Below are positions 49,643-59,364 of a DNA stretch of 64,000 nucleotides, one piece after another; within the stretch, counting starts at the first letter, position 1, and the number at the start of each line of letters is the position of its first letter. This stretch comes from Shigella phage Sf24. The position numbers and the translations under genes were made by a program. The DNA is taken from the sequence record MF327008. One strand, written 5' to 3'. The notes under the pieces were generated by a model that ran no database searches, was not told the DNA's origin, and worked only from the letters and a program-made list of their open reading frames with translations.

Positions 49643-49980
49643 CTAGTACTCAATCCTCGATTATAAGAATCTACCAAACGGTCAACCATTGAATGACAAG
49701 CGGCTTTATCTTTCTCCTCCGCAACTGAACATTCTAAGGTATTCCACTTTTTAGCATATCGTTTTAACAATGTATCATTTTTGTATCTGCTTGATTTATC
49801 TCTTTCTCCGTCTTTATATGCATATATTAATTTCTGCGCAAATTCAGCTTGGCATGCTTTATTTTTCCCGCAATAATCCGCTGCAGTACGGTTTACATAC
49901 TCTCTAATTTCAGTATATGATGTATCTGCTAACGCAGAAAATGAAATTAATCCTATACATAAAACCAAAATTTTAGTCAT
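49639..49980 (-). CDS. hypothetical secreted protein (113 aa)
   Basis: Track ORF with signal peptide. Confidence 0.5.
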   Translation of the reverse strand: MTKILVLCIGLISFSALADTSYTEIREYVNRTAADYCGKNKACQAEFAQKLIYAYKDGERDKSSRYKNDTLLKRYAKKWNTLECSVAEEKDKAACHSMVDRLVDSYNRGLSTR

Positions 49981-50518
49981 TTACTATTTCCAAAAGTTTA
50001 TTATTTTTAAGGTAATTAGCCTTTTCTAGGACTTCAGAAGCATATTTAGAACCTGCTTTAACATTCCATCCCGAATTATAAGAGGATATTGCTTTTCTTA
50101 TATCGCCCTTATGTATATTTAACCAATAAGAAAGTTCAATGTACGCCCAGGAAGCTGAATTGGACCGTTTATTCAACATTCTTTTTATTTCAGCATCGGT
50201 CATATTATAACCAAGTTCCTTAACTCTTGCTCGCATAGTAGGCAAATAATTTTGGAACATTCCGTAGGCGTGATGCTTTGGTTTAGATTTTAAATTAACT
50301 CCGCCAGAGCTTTCTTGCCATAAAATAGCAGCCATTATATGACCTAATCCGCTCTTGTGGATATTTTTGTGTGTTTTATATTTTCCATCCTTAGAAAATT
50401 GTTCCCCGAATTGATACGCGTAACGCATGTTATCGAGTTGGACATTACTGAAAGTATGCTCGGAGCTATGTGCCATCATTGAAATGGCCAATAGACCAGC
50501 GAGTAGTGCTTTTCTCAT
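49973..50518 (-). CDS. lytic transglycosylase-like protein (181 aa) with signal peptide
   Basis: Signal peptide; AAILWQESSGG and YNSG motifs. Confidence 0.6.
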   Translation of the reverse strand: MRKALLAGLLAISMMAHSSEHTFSNVQLDNMRYAYQFGEQFSKDGKYKTHKNIHKSGLGHIMAAILWQESSGGVNLKSKPKHHAYGMFQNYLPTMRARVKELGYNMTDAEIKRMLNKRSNSASWAYIELSYWLNIHKGDIRKAISSYNSGWNVKAGSKYASEVLEKANYLKNNKLLEIVND

Positions 50519-50525
50519 GCTTACC

Positions 50526-50987
50526 TCATTGAGTTTTAATTACTGCTTTAGAAGCCTTTCCTGGTAAACGACGACTGTTGATAATTGCCATCCTGCATTG
50601 AAGTGACGGGTTTTTGAACTTCTCATTAGGCTTACAAACCGTAAATCCAAGCCAAAGATTTCCATCTGTGATTTCTAAACGTCCAGGACGATATTCAACC
50701 CCATCAATAAAATCCTCGTCAATGTCAGGACGCGGAGGCATACTCAGGAATTCATTAACTTCTAAAACATGGTCTTTTATTTTATGGAATAATTCAAAAA
50801 CATATGTCTCATCAATCTCCCGTTGAATTGCACGATCAAGAAGATGTTGAGAATATTTTAGATGAAACGATGAGACTCCTGCTGCCTTTGATGCCTCACG
50901 AATCTCATTGTTAATTTGACGAAACTCCGACTCAAAGTGACGACGAAGCTTATTTCGACGGATAAAAACTTCTGTATTGATAGTCAT
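50526..50987 (-). CDS. regB: endoribonuclease RegB
   Basis: 153 aa; synteny; early promoter upstream. Confidence 0.8.
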   Translation of the reverse strand: MTINTEVFIRRNKLRRHFESEFRQINNEIREASKAAGVSSFHLKYSQHLLDRAIQREIDETYVFELFHKIKDHVLEVNEFLSMPPRPDIDEDFIDGVEYRPGRLEITDGNLWLGFTVCKPNEKFKNPSLQCRMAIINSRRLPGKASKAVIKTQ

Positions 50988-51014
50988 GTTATTCTCCTCT
51001 TAACTGATAGAAAA

Positions 51015-51044
51015 ATTATACCACAGTCAAGAGGAAAAGTAAAC
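51015..51044 (-). promoter_or_regulatory. early promoter upstream of regB
   Basis: GTTTAC-N18-TATAAT. Confidence 0.7.
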
Positions 51045-51046
51045 AA

Positions 51047-51367
51047 TTATTCTTTAAATCTAATCAATTTATTCATAGACTTTGAAACTTCTGCACGAAC
51101 CTCATGCAAGTTTTTAAGCTGTTCAAGACGCTGTTCATAGTAAGCAATTTCATCTTCTTCGAGACAGTCCTGTGAATCTTCTTTAAGATAACGTGCATAG
51201 TCCTGGAAAGCTTTACGGACTACTTCCTGGAAGTCATCAAGACTTTGAATTTTCTTAGGAGCAACAGATACACGACGAGGGGCAGTATAATACTCATAAC
51301 CAAACCCTGCACTTAATTGAGCCATTAGTATTTTTCCTCTGGTTGGAACACTGCACGACAAGCCCAC
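51047..51367 (-). CDS. hypothetical protein (106 aa)
   Basis: Track ORF. Confidence 0.5.
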   Translation of the reverse strand: MGLSCSVPTRGKILMAQLSAGFGYEYYTAPRRVSVAPKKIQSLDDFQEVVRKAFQDYARYLKEDSQDCLEEDEIAYYEQRLEQLKNLHEVRAEVSKSMNKLIRFKE

Positions 51368-51627
51368 ATACTGGCTTCTTTGAGTTTCGTTTTAGCAATA
51401 GTTAACTGATCGAGGCTTTCAGCATAATTCTTCGCGAGTTCATCATCTTCACAATTATCTAGTGCTTCCCAGAATTCATCGTATAAAGCGTCAAAGATAA
51501 GTCCTAAACGAACTTCAGCGTCTTTAATAGCATTCACTTTACCGATTTTCTCTTCAGTATGCGGCTTATAACCTTTAATGTCTTCAATCATATTTGACTT
51601 CCTCACCAGTACATAAATTATATTCAA
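51325..51627 (-). CDS. hypothetical protein (about 90-100 aa, vs.4 position)
   Basis: Track ORF; start uncertain. Confidence 0.5.
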   Translation of the reverse strand: MNIIYVLVRKSNMIEDIKGYKPHTEEKIGKVNAIKDAEVRLGLIFDALYDEFWEALDNCEDDELAKNYAESLDQLTIAKTKLKEASMWACRAVFQPEEKY

Positions 51628-51805
51628 CTAAACGAATAGGTTCATGAATGCCATATCCTTGAACAGAAATTTCTGTTGTAGGATAAATTCCATCAATACC
51701 ACCCATATTCCATGCTTCATTAAATTGCTGTTCGCCTGAATTACTAAACCACTCGGCGAAAGCATTTAACACATCTTTAGAACCTTCAATAATTATCTTT
51801 GCCAT
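51584..51805 (-). CDS. hypothetical protein (73 aa)
   Basis: Track ORF. Confidence 0.45.
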   Translation of the reverse strand: MAKIIIEGSKDVLNAFAEWFSNSGEQQFNEAWNMGGIDGIYPTTEISVQGYGIHEPIRLVEYNLCTGEEVKYD

Positions 51806-52167
51806 TACAAACTCTCAGTAAAGGTACGAGCGATAACGTCGCGCTGCTGTTCCGGAGTCAGAGAGTTAAAGCGAACTGCATAACCGGATACACGGATGGT
51901 CAGCTGCGGATATTTTTCCGGATGCTTAACTGCATCTTCCAGAGTTTCACGACGCAGAACGTTAACATTCAGGTGTTGACCACCTTCAATTTTAACCGTA
52001 GGCTGTGGTTCAATTTCAATTTCACGGGCATGCAAACCGTAGAAAATTTCCGGGTCTACAAAAGAGTCCTCTTTAAAGGTTTTAGAGACAATAATTCGTG
52101 CTTGAATACCATCTTCAAAATAAATAGTACCTTTATGCGTGCCTTCAAGAATTTGATATGCTTTCAT
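51805..52167 (-). CDS. autonomous glycyl-radical cofactor, GrcA/YfiD-like
   Basis: C-terminal half ...[40 protein letters not shown]... carries the RVSGYAV glycyl-radical motif; that half is GC-richer than surrounding phage DNA. Confidence 0.85.
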   Translation of the reverse strand: MKAYQILEGTHKGTIYFEDGIQARIIVSKTFKEDSFVDPEIFYGLHAREIEIEPQPTVKIEGGQHLNVNVLRRETLEDAVKHPEKYPQLTIRVSGYAVRFNSLTPEQQRDVIARTFTESL

Positions 52168-52173
52168 ATAACC

Positions 52174-52554
52174 TCAATTAGAAAATAAATTTATCCAAGA
52201 TTGTTCTTTAATTAAAAATGGCTCAGAATCATATGCCATTAAACTTTGGGTGATTAGTCCTTTAAAAGGTCCATCAATAAATTCCATGGTAAAATATGGA
52301 ATTTTATTCATTAATCTTGCATTAGGAGCAGTGCACAAAACTCTGCATCCTTTGAATACGCCTTTTTGTAATTTGTATTGCTTAGGATAAAATTCGCTCA
52401 AGACGTTGTTATTTGCCAAAATTTCAAAATGATTCACCAATTTATTTTTAATAGTTTTTGGCGAAAAATAAAGATATTCGAAAAGTTGCGTGTCTGTCAT
52501 CATTGCATTCCGATTATGAAAAACTGTGGACGAGTAATACCACCAATGCAACAT
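52174..52554 (-). CDS. hypothetical protein (126 aa)
   Basis: Track ORF. Confidence 0.5.
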   Translation of the reverse strand: MLHWWYYSSTVFHNRNAMMTDTQLFEYLYFSPKTIKNKLVNHFEILANNNVLSEFYPKQYKLQKGVFKGCRVLCTAPNARLMNKIPYFTMEFIDGPFKGLITQSLMAYDSEPFLIKEQSWINLFSN

Positions 52555-53003
52555 TTAATATTACAGCAGCAGTGTACAGTGTCAATATGGACACTATAAA
52601 TCTTATCCATATCAGGAGATTTGACAGGCTCGTCAATTATATACAAAATTCGCGAAAGCGATAAACCTCTGAACTTACTTCCTTTATTACCGATAAAACT
52701 ACGGACAGAATCGGTAAATAAACGGAATCGAATATCATCGCTAGAATAACGAGAAAATTCTTTTTTAATGTGGCCTGCAGAAATTTTAGCGTAAGCTGAA
52801 GTATTAGAAAGAACAATAACTGTTCCACCGTCATACAACCAATTAGCGGCAAAATTAGTTACTGCAGTTGATTTACCAGATTGACGTCCACCATCTAGTC
52901 GAAGTGTGCAGTACTGTTTAAGTAATTCTTCAAATGGCGGGATATATTCGTTTTTACAAATTTCTTCTACTCTAGCGTCAGAATGGTGTGTAAAAGCATT
53001 CAT
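52500..53003 (-). CDS. hypothetical P-loop protein (167 aa)
   Basis: Walker A GGRQSGKST, Walker B-like ILYIIDEP; 3' end overlaps next ORF. Confidence 0.5.
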   Translation of the reverse strand: MNAFTHHSDARVEEICKNEYIPPFEELLKQYCTLRLDGGRQSGKSTAVTNFAANWLYDGGTVIVLSNTSAYAKISAGHIKKEFSRYSSDDIRFRLFTDSVRSFIGNKGSKFRGLSLSRILYIIDEPVKSPDMDKIYSVHIDTVHCCCNIKCCIGGITRPQFFIIGMQ

Positions 53004-53191
53004 CAGGATAGATAAGGACCAGTTAAAAATGTTCTCATTTTATTCTCTCTAAATTTGGGCCATTCCGTGGCGCATGAATTGTCCATTTCTGTATTTACCC
53101 ATTACCGCACTCAGGCTCGACCTTATTACAGGTTGGCGGGAATCCCTCATAGAATCATGAGGTCCAGGTTGTTCCCATATTTCTTATTTGC

Positions 53192-53665
53192 TTATTTGAA
53201 TGATTTGACGTACTGAATAGAGCCTTTGCTATTCACGAAAGCGATTTTACCATTTTTGTTATACATGGTAGCAGTACGCTGATAGCCATAAGTTTGCTTA
53301 CCAGATTGATAACCAACTAATGCAAAATTATCTTCACCCATTTTATTCTGTTTGGCGCGGATACGTTCATGACCGTGCGCCATAAGAACCTTAGCATCGC
53401 CAGTTGAAATTGATCTACGAGTTTTTTCATCTTCAACTGTATTAACAAAGTCGTCAAATGAATCAAATTTAGCGTGAGATTTATTATACAGTTTTCCATC
53501 TACTGCATAATTATATCCCTGTACATCCATCTCAACTTCTGTACCATCATCCAATACAGCAGTGATTTTTTGACCTTTTTTAAATTTCAAAAGATCAGTA
53601 AAAGATTCAGCAATAATTTGAGAATTAATAGCTGCTTCAGTGATAAATTCTTGATATGTTTTCAT
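53192..53665 (-). CDS. internal (injected) head protein with capsid targeting sequence
   Basis: N-terminus MKTYQEFITEA matches the CTS of T4 internal proteins as recalled. Confidence 0.75.
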   Translation of the reverse strand: MKTYQEFITEAAINSQIIAESFTDLLKFKKGQKITAVLDDGTEVEMDVQGYNYAVDGKLYNKSHAKFDSFDDFVNTVEDEKTRRSISTGDAKVLMAHGHERIRAKQNKMGEDNFALVGYQSGKQTYGYQRTATMYNKNGKIAFVNSKGSIQYVKSFK

Positions 53666-53674
53666 ATGTTTCCT

Positions 53675-54091
53675 TTAAATGTAAATATTTTTACCGTAAT
53701 ACTTATACCAGTGTGGTTTCATTAAAATTTTTTCATCAAGTCGTTGTTGACTCAATTTAATAGCTGATTTGCATGGATTATAATCATTTTTCCATTCTAC
53801 TGGAATATCGCTGATGTCAGGAACTTCAGTATCTTTTATACTGAACCCTCGTTTTAAGCATTCCGTTATAATGTCTAATTGACGCTTTCGCAAAAATTCT
53901 AACTTATCGTAAAAGAACGTAACATGACCAGAACCTAAAATAAACTCGGAAGATATTTTAAAATCTTTAACGCGCTTACCGTTTGCCACATGCTTACGAA
54001 CTATACCAAAAACACGCGGCAATTCACGGTATTCTGCGATTAAATGTTGATCAGCAAGTTCAGATACTAAAGTCAAATTAATACGAGTCAT
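53675..54091 (-). CDS. denV: endonuclease V (pyrimidine dimer glycosylase)
   Basis: 138 aa; [17 protein letters not shown]... matches T4 DenV as recalled. Confidence 0.92.
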   Translation of the reverse strand: MTRINLTLVSELADQHLIAEYRELPRVFGIVRKHVANGKRVKDFKISSEFILGSGHVTFFYDKLEFLRKRQLDIITECLKRGFSIKDTEVPDISDIPVEWKNDYNPCKSAIKLSQQRLDEKILMKPHWYKYYGKNIYI

Positions 54092-54116
54092 TTTATCCCT
54101 CCAAGTAACTGTGAAT

Positions 54117-54146
54117 ATACTATCACAATTCTAGGAGAAAGTAAAC
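54117..54146 (-). promoter_or_regulatory. early promoter upstream of denV
   Basis: GTTTAC-N18-TAGTAT. Confidence 0.6.
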
Positions 54147-54150
54147 AACT

Positions 54151-54681
<531 letters not shown>

Positions 54682-55137
54682 TTAAAAGAGGCTGTTCATT
54701 ATTCGGTAAAGTGAAGGACCCATCACATATTGCCACTGAGTACGAGGAATAAGGGCAAAAGCATCCATCTCTGGAATCATAACACCATCTTTATTTTCAA
54801 AATAAGACTCGCAATGGCAATTTCTGAACATCTCATGCTCTACTGGAATCGTATAATAAAATAACTGTAAGTCTTTATTACTAGAATATTTAAATACACC
54901 TAGGTCTTCTAGAAGGTCTGGATTATAATTGTTAAAACCAGTCTCTTCTGAGCATTCTCTTCGTGCTGCATCTAATGCGCTTAAATCAGAATTTTCTACA
55001 CGCCCCTTTGGAATATCCCAGCGATGTGCCATCATTCCAGGCTTACGAGAACCAGTAACTCGTCCCATAAATAAATCTTTATCTTCTGTCATAAAGATAA
55101 TACCAGCTGATAATGTTTTCATTTTAATTTCCTGCAT
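54682..55137 (-). CDS. nudE: Nudix hydrolase NudE
   Basis: 151 aa; Nudix box GRVENSDLSALDAARRECSEETGF. Confidence 0.85.
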   Translation of the reverse strand: MQEIKMKTLSAGIIFMTEDKDLFMGRVTGSRKPGMMAHRWDIPKGRVENSDLSALDAARRECSEETGFNNYNPDLLEDLGVFKYSSNKDLQLFYYTIPVEHEMFRNCHCESYFENKDGVMIPEMDAFALIPRTQWQYVMGPSLYRIMNSLF

Positions 55138-55607
55138 TCAGTGATAAAATTATTTAAATTTTGAGTATATTTCTTTTCATCAAAAATCTTTTGCTGCCTA
55201 CGTAACCGCCATGGCATTTCAATGAACACGCACCATATTCCTGATAGTACTGCTGCTGTAAAAATATTAACAAGTATAATTAAAAGAATCCAATCTTCCG
55301 TTCTGCCTACTGGACTTTCTCCAAAGAAGCAAAATACAAATGATGTCACAGGAAAACTAATAATATACCACAGAATAACCTTCTTATCTGTGAACCAATC
55401 AGCGTTCGTTAACTTAGCACGACCATTTTGAATACACACGAATTTATCATCTGTTACAGTAGATGGCTTAACTGCTTGATATCCCATTCTAAACTCCCTA
55501 ATTAATCGTTTCTTTGTATCTTTAGAACAGCCACTCCAATCAACTCTATCAACTGAAATGCCATCGTCCCCATCATCTAAATCATACCAGCGAGTTTTTA
55601 AAATCAT
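55119..55607 (-). CDS. hypothetical membrane protein (162 aa)
   Basis: Track ORF with TM segments. Confidence 0.5.
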   Translation of the reverse strand: MILKTRWYDLDDGDDGISVDRVDWSGCSKDTKKRLIREFRMGYQAVKPSTVTDDKFVCIQNGRAKLTNADWFTDKKVILWYIISFPVTSFVFCFFGESPVGRTEDWILLIILVNIFTAAVLSGIWCVFIEMPWRLRRQQKIFDEKKYTQNLNNFITECRKLK

Positions 55608-55978
55608 TTAATTTTCCTACAATCACTCACAAACTCTTCCATTGATTCTTTTTCAATATAAGACATGTAGTTATTATATTCATTTAATTGTATTTTGTAA
55701 TCCTTTTTTCTTTGCCAATTTATTTTAAAATTATCATAATGAAAATATAACATGGTACCAAAGAATGAAAATAATGAAATCGCTATAGTATAACGAAGTT
55801 CACTCCAAACTTCTATTATATCTACTATACCGCTGACGTTACTGCGGATGTTTAAAATAATACAGTCAATCATTAATCCAATAAGACTACCAGCAAGAGC
55901 TGCAGCCAACGCCACAGCAAAAATTAAAAATGACTCAGAAAAAGAATATTTGACTTTATTTAGTTTTGGCTTTTGCAT
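55604..55978 (-). CDS. hypothetical membrane protein (124 aa)
   Basis: Track ORF, two TM segments. Confidence 0.5.
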   Translation of the reverse strand: MQKPKLNKVKYSFSESFLIFAVALAAALAGSLIGLMIDCIILNIRSNVSGIVDIIEVWSELRYTIAISLFSFFGTMLYFHYDNFKINWQRKKDYKIQLNEYNNYMSYIEKESMEEFVSDCRKIK

Positions 55979-56373
55979 CGTGATTCCTTAACAAATTTCA
56001 TAATTTCATTAAATTCATACATATTTAGTTTAAGCTGGTGTTCCTTTTTAATCTTTTTACACTGAGCTTTCCATTCACGTACACGTTTACGATAATGCCT
56101 TCCTTGATACCAATATCCTACCCAATTTACAGGTACCAATAAAAATGGAACTACTAATGGAAGAATTAATACTAACAAAAATATTACGCCAGATTCAATA
56201 TCAGTCATAAAGTCTATAACCATTCCAACAATCAATAGAATTACAAATGATATAGCTGTCACAGGACCTATTAATACATCAGTAGGAATTAGCTGACGCT
56301 TTAGTTCATACTTCACAGGTTCACTTGGAAGGTATAGTGATGGCTTTGACATATTCTCTACATTCCTTAACAA
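55960..56373 (-). CDS. hypothetical membrane protein (137 aa)
   Basis: Track ORF, two TM segments. Confidence 0.5.
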   Translation of the reverse strand: MLRNVENMSKPSLYLPSEPVKYELKRQLIPTDVLIGPVTAISFVILLIVGMVIDFMTDIESGVIFLLVLILPLVVPFLLVPVNWVGYWYQGRHYRKRVREWKAQCKKIKKEHQLKLNMYEFNEIMKFVKESRCKSQN

Positions 56374-56926
56374 ATTTTTCTAATAATAAATCGCTTTCAA
56401 AATTAGGATTTTCTACGAATTTATCAAAAAGATCATCAACAATAGTTAAGATATTCTTTTTACTAAGAATACGTTTATTTTCATGCTTTGTTTCAGAATC
56501 AACTATAAGAGTAAAGAAATATTTCTTTCCCTGAAATTTTACCGTAGTATCAATATAAAATAAATTTGACTTTTGTAAATTACGTTTAAACCATGCGTCG
56601 CTTAAACTATAAACGCCAAGATAATCATAATCGTCGTTTAAATAACAAACCGTCCATTCAGGAGAAATGAAATCAGTAAATTCAACATCAAAATCACATG
56701 TCAATGAATGAATTGATTCAATACTTTTAATGAGTATTCCAGGACGTATTAAAGACTTTTTACCTTTATAAAATCCAGAAAGACTTTCATCAGTTTCATA
56801 TGAAGACCCCCAATAGTAATTACGTCCTTCTGCCATACGTTTAAGAGCATTTAGTAATTGATCTGGAACATCAACCTGTCTTTGGAACTCTTCAAACATT
56901 GAATTGAAATCACTTTGCATTTTCAT
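56321..56926 (-). CDS. hypothetical protein (201 aa)
   Basis: Track ORF. Confidence 0.55.
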   Translation of the reverse strand: MKMQSDFNSMFEEFQRQVDVPDQLLNALKRMAEGRNYYWGSSYETDESLSGFYKGKKSLIRPGILIKSIESIHSLTCDFDVEFTDFISPEWTVCYLNDDYDYLGVYSLSDAWFKRNLQKSNLFYIDTTVKFQGKKYFFTLIVDSETKHENKRILSKKNILTIVDDLFDKFVENPNFESDLLLEKFVKECREYVKAITIPSK

Positions 56927-56946
56927 TCCTACTTACTCCAAGTAAT

Positions 56947-56962
56947 AGGGGCCGAAGCCCCT
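56947..56962 (-). terminator. C(UUCG)G hairpin after the PspA-like gene
   Basis: RNA AGGGGC-UUCG-GCCCCU. Confidence 0.45.
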
Positions 56963-56967
56963 TATCA

Positions 56968-57561
56968 TTATTTCAGAGAATTAATATATTCCTGAACATC
57001 GGCAGAGGTAGTTTCAACCCCAGAAATATTACCATTAAAGGTTTCAACTCGGGCGAGAGTATCTTCAATATCAACTTTAGTTAGCGCTGCAATTTCAACT
57101 ACATCATCAGCAGTACTAATTCCAAGGGCATTTGCTGCACGAGTTTCACGGATATATTCCAATTTAACTGCAAGTTCTTGGCGAGCATCATCCAATTCAA
57201 CTACTTTCTTGGCGATTTCAATTCGCATTTCAGCATAACCATCAGCTTTAGTAGTCAACTGTTCAGCTGTTCGACGATATAGCAAGCCGAGTTTAGCATG
57301 CATTGTTACATCTTGACCTTCAGAAAGAAGCTTGCGAATTTCACGCTCTTTTGATTCGGCCTGTCGATTCTTTTCGACAATAAGTTCACGAATACGTTTT
57401 TCTTCATTAATAGATTTAACAGAAGCAGTTTTTAGATCTTTAATCTTATCAAGTAGTTTTGCTGCCGCAGCAGTATACTGTTCTTCAACAGATAAATTTT
57501 TAGCCATAGCAGAACCAAGTTTAGTGCGAATAAACTCAACAATTTTCTTCAGCATGTTCAT
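56968..57561 (-). CDS. PspA/IM30-like coiled-coil protein (197 aa)
   Basis: Long heptad-rich helices; loosely resembles PspA family; own early promoter; UUCG hairpin downstream. Confidence 0.55.
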   Translation of the reverse strand: MNMLKKIVEFIRTKLGSAMAKNLSVEEQYTAAAAKLLDKIKDLKTASVKSINEEKRIRELIVEKNRQAESKEREIRKLLSEGQDVTMHAKLGLLYRRTAEQLTTKADGYAEMRIEIAKKVVELDDARQELAVKLEYIRETRAANALGISTADDVVEIAALTKVDIEDTLARVETFNGNISGVETTSADVQEYINSLK

Positions 57562-57606
57562 AGCATTTCCTTTAGTTAATTAAGGGGTTTTATAATCCGT
57601 GGGAGT

Positions 57607-57636
57607 ATTATACTCTACTCCCAAGAGTTTGTAAAC
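57607..57636 (-). promoter_or_regulatory. early promoter overlapping inverted repeat GGGAGTA/TACTCCC
   Basis: GTTTACA-N18-TATAAT. Confidence 0.65.
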
Positions 57637-57969
57637 TTATTCTTCGTCCAATTCATCAATAAATTTATCGATACTACTATTAATAGACTCATCGATGATT
57701 AACAAAGCATCATCATCCATAATATTAATATTTTCTAAAGCATCAATATAAGCTTGATTGACTATAGACCATGCCCTTTGAAAATATGGGGCTTCATCAT
57801 CAGGACTGAACCAACGTACACCTTCAAAGATACGTTTGGCATAATCTAACACCCATTGTACAGGCATGTTTTGAGAACGTTCGTTAAACTCTTTAAAGTC
57901 CTTAGATTCAAAAAGCTCTTCAGGATAATAATTTCTATTACAAAAAGCTTTACTAAAGTTACGTTTCAT
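57637..57969 (-). CDS. hypothetical acidic protein (110 aa)
   Basis: Track ORF; early promoter upstream. Confidence 0.55.
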   Translation of the reverse strand: MKRNFSKAFCNRNYYPEELFESKDFKEFNERSQNMPVQWVLDYAKRIFEGVRWFSPDDEAPYFQRAWSIVNQAYIDALENINIMDDDALLIIDESINSSIDKFIDELDEE

Positions 57970-57995
57970 AATGTTCTCCTCAAAGTTATAGGCTC

Positions 57996-58025
57996 ATAAT
58001 ATCTCAATCATGAGCCTGTGTAAAC
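57996..58025 (-). promoter_or_regulatory. early promoter overlapping inverted repeat GGCTCAT/ATGAGCC
   Basis: GTTTACA-N18-TATTAT. Confidence 0.6.
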
Positions 58026-58289
58026 TTATTTCATATTATTGAAATATTCTTCTGCGATTTCATCGTTATCATGGTAAACTTTAGAAGACAGTTTAACATA
58101 ACCTTCAGCAGTGAACATGTTAATCACAACCTTTACAGTATACCACTGACCATCTTCATTACCCATTACTGCGTAAGTTTCAAACATCGGATGATCAGGA
58201 CCGATAACTTTAATATCATTCACTGTACGACCAAAATCTTCTGAAACACATTTCATAAAGAAGTTGAACAGTTCGCCGTAATTATCCAT
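58026..58289 (-). CDS. hypothetical protein (87 aa)
   Basis: Track ORF begins at TTG 58301; first ATG 58287-89 with GGAGAATGAA SD; early promoter upstream. Confidence 0.55.
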   Translation of the reverse strand: MDNYGELFNFFMKCVSEDFGRTVNDIKVIGPDHPMFETYAVMGNEDGQWYTVKVVINMFTAEGYVKLSSKVYHDNDEIAEEYFNNMK

Positions 58290-58332
58290 TTCATTCTCCA
58301 AGTTGTTTTCTGTATCAGTAGTTGATAGTTGT

Positions 58333-58362
58333 ATAGTACCATGGAAGGGTAAGGATGTAAAC
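58333..58362 (-). promoter_or_regulatory. early promoter with conserved leader
   Basis: GTTTACA-N18-TACTAT then ACAACTATCAACT. Confidence 0.7.
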
Positions 58363-58480
58363 TGTTTTGTGAAAAAAATTTTTAAAAAGTTTTGGGGAAT
58401 TCTAGGGCAGGGAGGGGCAATTAAAAGATAGGATAATATATTATAAAGGGTAGAAACTAAATGATGTCTAGAGAGGCCCG

Positions 58481-58507
58481 GAAAGGCCTAGATACCAAAA
58501 AGCCCCA
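58481..58507 (-). terminator. hairpin plus U-run at the distal end of the tRNA / small-RNA transcription unit
   Basis: GCCCCGACC-GAAAGG-UUGGGGC followed by UUUUU. Confidence 0.55.
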
Positions 58508-58573
58508 ACCTTTCGGTCGGGGCTAAGCCTTGCGGCAACCTTGTCGGGGTTCCACCTGCTAAGGCAAGTGTTT

Positions 58574-58667
58574 GTACGAAACGCCGGGATTCGAACCCGG
58601 TTATCAAGCAGTTGACGCTACTCAATATTTTTAAAAGGCCATATCTCGACCATATCCGAACGTTCCG
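58574..58667 (-). ncRNA. tRNA-like element / candidate stable small RNA downstream of the tRNA cluster
   Basis: Minus strand carries acceptor-like CGGAACG/CGTTTCG pairing and a perfect T-arm CCGGG-TTCGAAT-CCCGG, but is about 94 nt with no clean anticodon arm; no ORF in 58380-58830. Confidence 0.3.
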
Positions 58668-58835
58668 TCAAAAACGCTACTCGGCTTACGGCAAAGATAT
58701 TTCCTCGAATCGATAATTCGGTGCGCCGTTTCTGCTGTGATATAAGGGGGCATTAACAAAACATAAAGATTTATTAATGCCAGTCCTTAAACAGGGAACA
58801 TCAGTCCGACGACTTACCGGTAGCGACCCGGTTTC

Positions 58836-59186
58836 TTAATATTCTTTTAAAGCATCAATTTGTTCACGGCGTTTACGCCATAAATCAATTGCTTCATAAG
58901 CAGATTCAGCATTTCGAATTAGCCGACATTTATGTAAAGACTTATGATTTTGATATTGTGTAGATAACGGAATTTTATCTAAAAGGTCTTTACGTTCAAA
59001 ATATTCGTAACCATCTAAACCAAATGAACGATTTTTGAGAAATTGCCAATGACCAAATTCGTTTTCGACATAAACATAATCTGCATGCTGATAAAGCAAA
59101 TTAATTACACGTTCAGAAATAACAGTATCATTATGATTAAAATAGAATGTTAAATCATGAACTACTAAGTAAACATTGCCTTTCAT
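58836..59186 (-). CDS. hypothetical protein (116 aa) immediately downstream of tRNA-Arg
   Basis: Track ORF 58836-59234 trimmed to ATG 59184-86 (GAGGAAAAT SD) because the longer form overlaps tRNA-Arg. Confidence 0.5.
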   Translation of the reverse strand: MKGNVYLVVHDLTFYFNHNDTVISERVINLLYQHADYVYVENEFGHWQFLKNRSFGLDGYEYFERKDLLDKIPLSTQYQNHKSLHKCRLIRNAESAYEAIDLWRKRREQIDALKEY

Positions 59187-59204
59187 ATTTTCCTCACTTA
59201 TAAT

Positions 59205-59281
<77 letters not shown>

Positions 59282-59285
59282 TATT

Positions 59286-59360
59286 TGGCGGACATGCATG
59301 GATTCGAACCATGGACCAATTGATTAACAGTCAACTGCTCTACCATTGAGCTACACATCC
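59286..59360 (-). tRNA. tRNA-Asn (anticodon GUU)
   Basis: Hand-folded: anticodon loop CTGTTAA, T-arm CATGG-TTCGAAT-CCATG, CCA encoded. Confidence 0.75.
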
Positions 59361-59364
59361 AAAT

